A DNA stretch of 63,859 nucleotides, the filler included, from Klebsormidium nitens (Eukaryota > Plantae > Klebsormidiophyceae), in assembly GCA_000708835.1 (NCBI GenBank). It is 5 parts of 5 records of this genome, joined end to end, with 100 filler letters (N's around TTAATTAATTAA, not from the genome) between each part and the next. Parts side by side here need not be neighbours in the genome. Positions count along the whole stretch, not along the records: positions 43,397 to 61,433 come from DF237975.1; positions 61,534 to 63,859 come from DF238713.1; 3 more parts are not named here. One strand, written 5' to 3'. Shown here in pieces: positions 50,408 through 61,534 of the stretch (positions are counted from its first letter, which is position 1; each line of letters begins with the position of its first letter). Both the position numbers and the translations under genes were made by a program. The notes beneath the pieces were generated by a model. That model saw only the letters and a list, made by a program, of their open reading frames with translations. It ran no database searches and was not told the origin of the DNA.

Positions 50408-51338
50408 CAGTGGATCACGGGACAGCTACGGCGCGACGCGCGGGTTTAAGTAATTTCGAGGTACTACCTCGATCGCCGGTCGGTGCAACCTGTAATTTAC
50501 CGATTTACCGACCTCCTTCGACCGTCGAAAATTCGGTTTTTCCTCGGTCGGATCGAGGTTAAAAATTCACTCGGTCGGACTCGCCGCTAATGTGAAGTAC
50601 TAGGTCCGACTGCTGTACGGTACATGACGTTGAGCTCTCGACCAAGTACCGAGGGTACGGTACCTAACCGACTGCTTAGGGTCCCAACCGGCTGTACTGA
50701 TACCGTCCGATTCAACACCAATAATGATTGGTAGCTACCATCGACGGTGCGCGATGGTGAGTGTCAAAGGTGGTGGGCTGGAAAGGCCCCATTTCTAGGC
50801 TGGTTGAAACCACCTCACGGATTTCGGTAAATTGGTCTAGGTGCACCTCAAATTAACGGGGCCTTCGGTCTTTGACGAAGAAGGGAGCTTGCGATTCCTT
50901 GCTAATATGGCGTTTTACACCAAGCATGAGGCCACCATGGCCATGGTTTCTCATACCTTTCTAGCAGACATATGGGGACTAGAACAATAAAAGTAAATGT
51001 TGGAACTTCACTGGGAGGCTTTGCATGCACTACCACTAGACCAAAGGACAACTTTGCCTCCTCTTGTATACACATGCTATGGAGTTGTATACTTGGCTCA
51101 ATTTAAGGGGCAAATTCCTTTCTTTCCAAAGAAATTCCAAGGTTTTGCAAATAATACCTCCGGTATTCGCCGGTACGACCGTCGCCGCACCTCCGATGTA
51201 CTCCAAATTTACCTCGGGAAACCGTAGACCGACGGACGATTAACCTCCGCAAAATTGGTCCGACCGAGGTAAACCGTAGAAAATTTCCGGTCGGACCGAG
51301 GTCCGCGAGTCACGCCGTAGCGGTCCCGTGGTTCACCC
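50408..51338. mobile_element. Non-autonomous TIR element, copy 2 of the 3138-4529 family
   Basis: Left CAGTGGATCACGGGACAGCTACGGCGCGACGCGCGG. Right end reverse-complements to GGGTGAACCACGGGACCGCTACGGCGTGACTCGCGG. Subterminal CCGAC/ACCTC motifs. No TSD seen. Confidence 0.72.
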
Positions 51339-53261
51339 TCAATCAACTTCACATAAGCATCGTGAGGATCAGCATCACAGCCCCCTTGCTTGGCTTGACA
51401 CTTTCCTTCTTTCCACGGACTCCAGCTCGTCTAGTGCACACAGCCATCTCTGTATGCAAGAAGCCCACGGAACTTGGCCTTTCACGTTGACCAATTTTCA
51501 CCACATAATTGCGGGATCGACACTTTGTCACCCGCCATCTCAACTACACTCTCTCTAAAACACAAAGAGGCCAAATTCTCCATTCCTTTTCTTCACAGAC
51601 GCGATCGCATTCATGATTCTGGCCCCTAGACAGCCAAAATTGAACCTGTGCGCCCCTTCACAACCAAGCTTTGTGGGCCCATAACCCGTTGAAACTCATG
51701 GTAGGGACTCGGCGGTGTAGTTGAGTTACTCGTCATCGGGTCTCAGCTTATCGTATTGCCCGGCACTCATGCACATAGGCTCATTGATGGCAACCGTGCA
51801 TTCTGAGAGGAACACACGAAGCGCCGCACAGGCGGCTTCCTTCTCCACAAACTCCTCTTAGAATGATGTATCACAATAGCGTTTCTCTTCACTATAGCAC
51901 GGTGCGTGACAATCGGCGTAATGGATTGGCATGCTTTCAAGACCAAAATGGCACGTGCCAGAATGGTCCCGGACTAGTACAATTCTCGGCACGAGCAATT
52001 CTAGTACCACTCTGGCACCATTCTTGCATGCCGGTGTGGTAGCATAATGCTACGGAAGTCTCACGTGCAACCTTAGTACGATTCTCGTTCTATAGTCCGA
52101 TGTCATAAAAGTACGTGAGGTTCTGTAACTAAAAACGGCGCCATTTTGCATGTACCCGTGGTTTGAGATGCGTAACAGACCTTCGGGCTCCCATATCATC
52201 CAAGTTAGTACTGGATTAGATGTGTTGGGACCCCCTTAGGGCTTCGATCGAAAGTTTGCTTGCAAGCTGTTATCCAGCTTGTCGGATCGGTGCCATGCAA
52301 TATCCAATGATTAAATGATTACTCAGATCATAATTTTTGCAAGGAAATTCCTCAGCACCATGTGAAGGAATACCTCGGAATGATGAAAGGCATGGTGCGC
52401 GGGTGGACTAGCTATATTTGCAAATTGGGCATCCAATCGTCTGGGCGCAACGTACAGAGCAACCGTCTCACTGTCCTTCCCGCCCGGAGGCTTGTTGGTT
52501 GATTGGACTTGCAACTAGTATCAAATTGAAGCGCACGCCGCAGCGCATGGGCTGCTTTTTGTAGCTCGGAACACTGTGATGCCAACCATATGGTACACGG
52601 CCCCCAAGCAAGCTACTAGGTGAAGCGTGCATGCAGTCATGCATGGCAATGTCACCATTTTGTACACTTGCGCCATCAAGTTCAGTGATTGGCAGCGGAC
52701 TCGGAGTCACCATGATGCAAACGCTTTCGCAAGTTTCATTATAGTGTAAAGCTTTTTGTTTATGCGTATGAACCCTACAGCGGGTAATCCAACGAGCAGC
52801 TTCGCATTGCATGGCTTGCCAAATTCACACAGACAGTTGATGGTCAACTGTCCCGACTCCCAAGGCATACTTGGTATTGAAACAAAACAAATCGAAAGTT
52901 GTTGAAACATTTTTGCTCGGCATCTCTGCCGAGAATTTGAGTGCGGATTCTTGTTCAGTGATACTCGAAGGAAGACTTTGGTGATGCTGATAGACAGCAC
53001 AATGCAAATATCTCGTCCCTTCTTCATGTATAGCTGTCTTCTCAGCATGTTATATCCCCGCAACCCGCTATCATTTATTTTCATTGATTCGTTCCCTCGG
53101 TTGTTGATTGGTATGGCCCTGCCCCAATACATGACTCTTCCCTCTCTGGATAAATTTACACCTTGAGAAGCTTGTGCGCGCACGACAAGCACCCAGTCCT
53201 TGATTACTCAGACTTTTTCTGCTTTACACTATTTCGGACTTAGACGATTTGCGCAACTCGA

Positions 53262-56200
53262 TCAGGCGGCGAGAGCCTTGCCCGCCTGCCGGAGGGCATT
53301 GGCCCGGACTAGGCTTCCGATGGTGTTGATTGCCAACTTGATATCATCGAGGGGGTTTCCGGGGACGACCGTCTTGTACAGGTAGCTGTCGAAGGTCATC
53401 TTTTGGACGTACGTGTCGGCGCACATCTCTACAAAGGCCTCCCTAGCTGGGTTCGACCTGTCGGGAAGAAAAGAGGGAGGTACTTGAGCTGGCAAGCTTT
53501 GAAACTCAGAAGTATCAAACCCTGTTTCGGTTAAAGCTTGTTATCAGGCTGGATCACCATGGCCTTGGGCACCAATGGCGAAGCCTGCCTTGGACGGTTT
53601 GCACATGTGCCCAGATTTCAAAGGGTTGCCTCAAGTTCAGGCTCTTATTGTACGTCGACCAAGCACTGAACCTAAATAGCCTGGCTAAGGGACACAAACG
53701 TTGTTCTACTATGTGCTTGCTGACCACATCAAGGCCCATGTCCTGATGAATCGAGCTGCTGCAAGTGTTACAGACCGGTCTCACGTCGCAACGCATACAA
53801 GTTATTGAGGAAAAGCAGCCAACAAAAAGGTCGCTGGATCGCATATATTCTGCACAGAGCTGCTCACTCTTTCCAGGGGCCAGTGATTATCCCAAGCTTA
53901 AAGACGACCAACCCCTTTGGAGCTGACAAACCTATGAGGACGTCATGGCCGACCTTCTGCCAACAAAGCCCCCGCACTTCTGACAACGCTCAAGCCGTTT
54001 CTTCTGTCAAGTAACTCGAAAAGCCACCTCAAGCACAAAAAAAAAAGACAGTTCAGATTGTCCCTGCCTGCATTCAGGAACTCCAACCAAAGAACCATGC
54101 CCAGAGCAATGTGGCCTTCTAAGCAGCGCCGGGCGTTCTCACCTGTAGAAGACCTTCTGCAAGATGTCGAGGACCTTGTAGGTGGCCCAGTACTGCTTGT
54201 CCCACTTCTCCAGGTACACCCGCAGGTCGCCCTCCGTCACCATCTTGGCGCCATTCTCGGAGGCCGCCACAATCGCCTCCGCGCACATCCTTCCGGACTT
54301 GGCAGCAAAGTAGATGCCCTCACCTGAGCACTTCGTGACATAACCTGGAGGAAAATGGACACATCACTGACGGTCCCACCTAATACAATACTGCAAACAT
54401 ATTGGTCTCGTCATCCCTTCTGATGTGGTCAGATGACCTCACGGCAAATCCGAGTCTGTGTTTTGAGAAGCATCAAGGGTGACAAGGGTGACTCGTTGCT
54501 GGTCCCATGAAGTCCACAAGTCTTATATGTCCGCTCCTTTCCCCTCAGAGCTCACAATCAACACCTTCACCGCTGATCTATGTTTCACATGGCTCATGCA
54601 GCACGACCGTTGGTGGCGTTCCCTGAGAGCGAGGCTGACATAGGTGCCCCATGCTTCTGAGCCCATCATCAGACCTCCACAGCTGGACAAGGCCCCAAAT
54701 TCCCTTGACTACATACCTGGAGCAACTTGCAAGGTTCCGATTCTTAAGTGCACATTTCCAACCCCATCCTGTTGACAACGGATCAGGCCCAGCCAAGTGC
54801 GCTTCTAGATGAAGTCTTCCATTCCAGAAGCATTCCCTCTTCTCATGCTGGACATTACAGCAGCACCACCTTCGCAGGTCCTGCGTGCAACTCAGAAGCA
54901 GCCCTTCTTTGCGGATTGTTGAGAAACGGAAGAGCAAGGATAGCCACCTACCTGCAGCATCTCCCACCAGCGCAACACGGCCCTGAGCACGTCTCGGCCT
55001 AGGGTGCTCAGGAATGGGGTGGGCCTCAACTCGCAGAATCTTTCCTCCTGCAGGCACAGTAACATGGATGTAAGCGAGCGCGTTGCATGAGTAGTATCAC
55101 CTTGAATCCAACTTCGGACTTTCTGCCCTCTCCAGGGCCTTCTTGTGGATTTGAGTGCTCATAAACTTGAGCCGCCCCAGAAGGAACAAAGTAGCCTGCA
55201 TCAGGCTGCGAAGACCTTAGCTTACTTAGCAGTGAATACATCATTTGGGTTCCCAGGCGGAGTGGTCAACGGCAAGTGCTGAAGCTGAGGACGAGAACAG
55301 ACAAAGGATCACCAAATGTTGTCTTGATTGACAAAGGCTTGCTAAGGAGAAAGGCCCTAGGTAGGAGGTTCAGCAGTCCCGCAAAACAGCGCGCTCAGAT
55401 CGAGCAATGAGCTTTTGGATTCAACCTCTGAATACCTCGCTGGAATTTTATTTGGAAAAGAAACCAGGTGCTGGCAGATTGCATGACAGGTGGCAGGCCC
55501 ACACGTTGTGATATATTCAAGCGCCTGAAAACAGCCGAGCTTTAGGACGCTCATCAAACCATGCAGTTTGACTCTTGACACTCCTTGCAACAAACCGTAG
55601 CGGCCACACCCTCACCTGCAATCTTGTCCTTGGCTCTGTTCCTAATGGCAGTCTGGTACTTCTTGATGGCGGGCTTGTTGATGACGGTGCCTGTGCCCAC
55701 GGCCACGTGGTCGCACTTTGGGAACACCCAGCCGTAGAAGTCGGGGGACACGTCATCACCAACGTACATCTCAGCCAGATTCTCGTAGTAGACCATCTTG
55801 TCCTCGGGGATCTTGATCCTCTCCTGCAAGCACAGACATGATGAAATCAGCAAACTCTTGTTTGACAAATGGATTCTTCGCAGAAAGAAAATGCGGCGAA
55901 ATTGCCATGACTGTCTTAATGATGAGTTAGTCGATCAGATTGAAGGTGCGCTGTGAATTGTCAGAAATACAGGGAGAAAAGTTCACACCAAGATAGACAA
56001 TTCAAGGGAGCGGTTCCTCTTCTCACCTATCTTCCCAAGAACAAAATCCCGCTTATTGCAACAGAGAACTGCATGCTCTTCCCTTTTTCAGCATTGCCAT
56101 AAGAAACTTTTGAATAGAAAGTGCAATACGTGGGTCTGCCCATGCTGTGGCAAAAAAGGATCTTTACTTCAGGGATTCCACCACAAGTCAGAAGACCCTC

Positions 56201-58648
56201 AACCCCCAAAACTCCGGATACTGCTAAGCACTTTGACCCAAAATATTACTTCTACGACAGGAAATAGTAAACCCTAGATAAGCATTCTTATCAATCACTC
56301 ACCCCATTTTGCTATCCATGGTCTGCCGGAATGTTACAATAGGCTGCGCTTCAAGCCTCATTACTATAGGAGGGTCAATATCATCGGCAAGCTTCCTTCT
56401 CAACTATCGGAAAGAAACCAAATCAACAAACCCGCACGGCCACCCTCGTTTGCAACTTCATTTTTGGTATGACAATCGTAAGCTTACAGAGCGAAAACAG
56501 GAAGGGCATCACACTGACATGCAACAAGTAGAGGGTCCACCAAAAGGGCACAAAGAGGGCATCACCAAAATTTGCATATTGATTGTTGACGGCAAGGTTT
56601 TGAAAGAATTGATAACATCAGAACTGAGGTTACTCAGAGTTGCAGAAGCTAGAGTTGTAAAAGCTAGAGAGCCAGGAGTAGAAGCTAGAGAGCCAGGCCC
56701 AACACCAGAGGGGTAAGTTGCTCACCTGGAAAGCGATGGCGTAATCATACTCCCCTGCGTCAATCGCCTTGGCAACCCTACTGTTGGCACCGTCAGCGCC
56801 TACCACCACATCGACCTCCACAGTGCTGGCCTTTCCAATCTTGGAGTCCTGGAGAAAGACAGCTCTACTTGTCAATGCTGAACCAAACCAAGGAGTCTGC
56901 AAAGCGATATCTGCAACCAAGTGTCGGAGTTTCAGAACTAAACACATACAGAGCTGAGGGAACCCGGCGAAAAGAATTGATCAGGGTCAGGTCCAAACTT
57001 TGGAAATCCTGAAAAAGCAGGGACCTGACCCAGGACCACAGGAAGTTCTCTTTTAAGTCTTGCCCATGTTGTAATGCTGCTACTCACAGCCACAATCTCA
57101 TCCACAGTGCTTGCTCAGCTCCGTGGTCGGAGCTGCATCCTTGGGTTTCCCGCTTAAGTCTGGAAAAACAGGACCTTTGCCATCCAAGAACAATAATCCA
57201 GTTCCAAACGTCCAAGAAAATTTGGAGCGGTAGTGACTGAGAAGATACCCTTGCTGGCCCAAGCAGTCATGGACCGTCTGCACAAGCGAGAAACCTACCT
57301 CTGCATAATCTGTGTAGTGGAGGACATAGGGACTCTCGTCGTCCTTAGGAACATCTATCCTGAGCACCAGCCCGTTGATGACATTTGCGCCGTTCGCCTT
57401 GGCGCGGTCCCGCAGGAAACCGTCCAACACCTCACGCCTGCACATTGAAAGGATAGACCTTTTCGTAAAGGTGGTGCCGAGACAGCTTTCGCTTCTTCAA
57501 AAGGAAACAGATTTCCATTTCGTTGGTAATGCTGACCGGCGTATTTCAGCGGTGGCACAAGGCCTTGGCACTTCAAACGTCCATTCCGGACCTCCGTTCT
57601 TAAGTTGGTGACCAACGTGTCCCTACTGGGCGATCGAATACAACATAGTTTCAAACTTGGAGAGTCAGAAGCAATGCTGCGCCTTCCCTATCTTCTCCGT
57701 CTATGTGGAGGACTCCAATGCGTTAACGCCCTGCCCTCAATCACCAGTTTCAATCATGAGGACCGATGAGTAGCTAGGCAGGATAGAGCCGATTAGAGGA
57801 GCAGCCCGGCGCGCATCCTCCAAGCGACAGGGGAGGCACAGCAGCTTTATTATACAGATACATTCGGCATACATAAGTGAAATGTCCAAGCTGATTCCTG
57901 CTGAGGAAGGATTAGCAAACCGGACCGTTTCCAATCCTAGAAGTGCAGATAGCTGTGCTGCGTAATCAGTTGCTTCTCCATTCTGCCAAGACCTTCGCCA
58001 GAGGTGAAGAGATAATTGCACAAAGGGAATACCAACTGAGCCTTACCTGCACATGCCAATGTACTCCTCCTTGCCAAGCGTCCTGCCGACGTCGACCTCC
58101 ACATTGGAGGGCGAAATCATTTTCATCTTGGTCACGCGCCTGTCAATGATCTCTGGGGGCAGCTGAAACTCGTCCACCATGCACAGCGGGATAGCGCCAC
58201 CGCAGGGCTTGGCATTGTCAAGCTTCCGCTCAAACAGGAACGTTTCGATGCCCCCGCTAGCCAAAGTATCAGCAGTGCACCCTCCGGCAGGCCCACCACC
58301 AACAACCGCCACCCTCAATTTCCTGTTTGCAAGCTGCTTGCTCTGGAATGCAGCATGGACTGTGAGACCAGGGGCGTTGCTTTGAGCCTGGGGGGAGGGT
58401 CTCGCCTCTGCCTGGGGATCGAAGCTGGTGGAACCAGTCAAAAAGCTAGAGCTGGCCGGGACGCCAGACGCCTTGAACCCCTCGGATGATGTTGCCTTGT
58501 TTTTCAATGGCTGTACGGAAGGTCCTCGAGCCGCCAAGCTGCGAGGCGTGCACGCAACGCTCCTCTCTGCACTGCTTGAGGAGGCATTCTTGAGAGCAGA
58601 GCTGAAGGCCAGGGCAGCAGACTGCTTCACGCAGAGGGAGGAAGCCAT
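53262..58648 (-). CDS. CHLP: Geranylgeranyl diphosphate reductase, plastid-targeted, 7 exons, 521 aa
   Basis: Exons 58648-58047, 57437-57299, 56848-56726, 55823-55616, 55047-54952, 54344-54143, 53457-53262 (1566 nt, phases consistent). Motifs: LRVAVVGGGPAG, KPCGGAIP, VVGADGANSRVAK, DVSPDFYGWVFPKCDHVAVGTG, ALVGDAAGYVTKCSGEGIYFA, SNPAREAFVEMC. Confidence 0.97.
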
Positions 58649-59003
58649 GGTGAGGATTGGCACAAGGGAAGGCGCTCTCGCAAGAAGAGAATGTGGAGTC
58701 TCCGAGGAAGAAATATCAGGAGAATTGGAAAGAAACCCTGATCAATTCTTTCAAAAGAATCCCCCCCAGCCAATCAGAGCAGCCGGGTATCAACCGCCTC
58801 TCAAAGGCAGTACGTACCGAGAGCCGGCTCTGCTGGGCACAAATCCAACGTGTGCAAAGCGTGCACATCCATTGGCTGCGCTGGATTTGCCTGTCTTTTA
58901 GGGCTATCTGATTCGCTCAGTTTCTCCTATGATGACACCTTCCGGGAGATCGACGAGTTCACCTCAGAGCGTCGACGTCTACTAGGACCTAGGTTCTACT
59001 AGA

Positions 59004-59034
59004 GCGTGCGCGCTAGAACTTCTAGCGCGCACGC
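59004..59034. promoter_or_regulatory. Perfect 15-bp inverted repeat with 1-nt spacer upstream of CHLP
   Basis: GCGTGCGCGCTAGAA-C-TTCTAGCGCGCACGC, about 355 bp upstream of the CHLP ATG. The structure is certain; a regulatory role is unproven. Confidence 0.5.
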
Positions 59035-61534
59035 GCCAACTTGAAACGCCAACTTTCTTGAAGGCGCCAAGGCACGCTGGCTTCAAACGTACTGGGGGCG
59101 GGGCACGGCCGATGAAAGGACCCCCCGCAGCAGAAACAATTGAATTGCTTTAGCTAGGTAATATCGACGGACCGAGTTTGTCGGGAAGCCTGTGACCCTG
59201 TCCATGGCACTGCTTGAACGGAACAGCCAGCGACTCGCTTATCCTACGGCCTCCGCTCGTCCACGAAAGAGGCGACCGCGGACACAAAGGGGATATGGGG
59301 ATATGCACACCTGGGAGGGGGGTTTCTGGGCAAAAACGGGGTTTTGCTGACGTTTGTCGGAGACCCGAGACCGGCGAGCTCGGGAGCAACCCGGAGACCC
59401 TCTGCACACCGGGTTGCGGGATGTTGGCATTTTGGATGTTTGCTTTCTGTGTCATTCAGTGAACTCTTTGAACACTATGTCGTCCATTCAAATCAAACCC
59501 ATCATGCGGCTGCCATGCCCAACATGGCCAACTGTCGGCCATAACAAGAACCAGCTCGGAGCTGCATCATGTGCAGCACAGCTCTCAACAACCTAAACCC
59601 GTTTCATTAGATTTCATAGAGCCGCTGAGGAAGTCGGCAGCCATGCCAGCGAGCTGCCGCCGAGCAGCTATATGCTCATCTCAGTCTGCTCAGCTCAGAA
59701 GCGGTCACTGATGTAAGCCCGATAGTTCATCGACGGTGCTTACTGTAAAGGTAGATAATGTTCAATTGACTACCCATTAGATATTTTCACGCTCGATGAT
59801 CATAGGGTTAGATCGGACAGTGGCGGGGTGACTGAAGCAGAAGTTGCAACTTTTCGTAGCTCTATGATATGGCTATAAATGATGGCGAAAAGGGACTTGG
59901 ACGACCTCGGCCCATCATAGGGATATGCGGCCCAATTTCGGGCAGGACGAACTGTAGCAGAAAATTCGCCGGTTAGGCAGGTCTTCACTAAACCGTTGAT
60001 TTTTGCAGCTTTTGGGGGTTTTGTCGAAGGAGACCCCATTCGCTTTAAGAGAGCCAAGAATCCCCGAATGGCAGTGGTTCGACTGAGGGGTCGAGACACT
60101 CGAGACCCGCATCCGAGGATTCCCTTGGATCTATTCTGGCAAAGCTTTCAAATGCAAAAACCTCGTGACTCGATTAATTTGGTGGGAGTTCGGTTGAGGC
60201 CAATAGGGCCTTTCCGATGTCCCAAAACGTGTCCAAGAAGTTTCTGCAGGTGGTTGAATCATGAATGCCATAGGCACATACCTTAACTTTCGACAAAATG
60301 TTGGGATTCGGGAATGTCCCGACTCCTACAGGCTAGAGCACTTTCCATGGCCCCTCAGGCCCCGTGTAACAGAACGGTAGCCCAGTGGGCAACGGCCGCA
60401 AAAACGCGCGCAACGATACTTTTTCTGCCNNNNNNNNNNNNNNNNNNNNNNNNNNNNNNNNNNNNNNNNNNNNNNNNNNNNNNNNNNNNNNNNNNNNNNN
60501 NNNNNNNNNNNNNNNNNNNNNNNNNNNNNNATGATTTTCGAGGCAGAACCTCGATTCATCACACCCCGCCTATATTTGCCACCATATGATAACGGCGAAT
60601 TCAGATCCTATTGAGGTATTCCGACCGGAAATACACAAGTAGGTAGTAAGAGAGTTTCTCCAGGGTTTAGATCCAAAATCACAGTGGCTCGGTCCCGGCT
60701 GAGTGAACCAGTGAAAGAGTGAACTAGTGAATTCAGTCACGAGGACGTTTGGAACTTTGACATGATGTTTGTCCCATATTTGTATGTTCGGGTCCAGGGA
60801 AAACTTGAGCTAGACTTTCAAACTTTTTCAAGTTAGTCAAGTTCATGTTCCGATCTGCCTTAATCGAGGTGGTTTGAGGGTTTGAACGATCCAATCAAAC
60901 CGTCAAACGGTTATTTTTCAGGTGTTCTTGAGGTGTTTCCAATGTCACTAAAAATAATGGGAAAGTCACGCCAATTGACTCCCAGATTGAAATGAGATCC
61001 ATGGGAAGTGGGATCGAGATGTTCAAGATGTGAGCAGTTTCCACACCCGCTGCAGCTCTACAAAACCCCCCTTCGTTGCAGAGAAATATTGTTCCCTTTT
61101 GCGGCACTTCAAGCTGTCACGCTGTATGGCATTGGCATAGCAGAGCCTCGGTAGGCATAGCTTATTGCATGATTCGCATGTTATTGCATATTGTATGAGA
61201 CGTTGCATAGCTTACGAGCTAGATTGCAGAGACGCGGTTACCTTAGCAGGTTATCGCAGACTCTGATTCACGTTTGCAGTCGTTATGACTTGAGCCACAG
61301 CTCAGTCTGGTAGTATTCGATTCGATAGGCTAGTCTTACGGTTAGCCTCAGACCACGCCATACAATAGGCAGAGACATCTCCAATAGGAGACCATTCTTC
61401 TCGCGAGTAGACTCTTGTGAGGAGCTCTTGGCGNNNNNNNNNNNNNNNNNNNNNNNNNNNNNNNNNNNNNNNNNNNNTTAATTAATTAANNNNNNNNNNN
61501 NNNNNNNNNNNNNNNNNNNNNNNNNNNNNNNNNC

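Noticed and set aside
56640-57031. AAGCTAGAGAGCCAGG duplication and an 11-bp hairpin (56984-56994 / 57021-57031) in CHLP introns
   Set aside because: Short, single-copy and compatible with chance or old TE remnants.
8680-61489. TTAATTAATTAA islands inside N runs (8680-8691, 16827-16838, 43341-43352, 61478-61489)
   Set aside because: An identical 12-mer with stops in all six frames, centred in gaps, is an artificial scaffolding linker.
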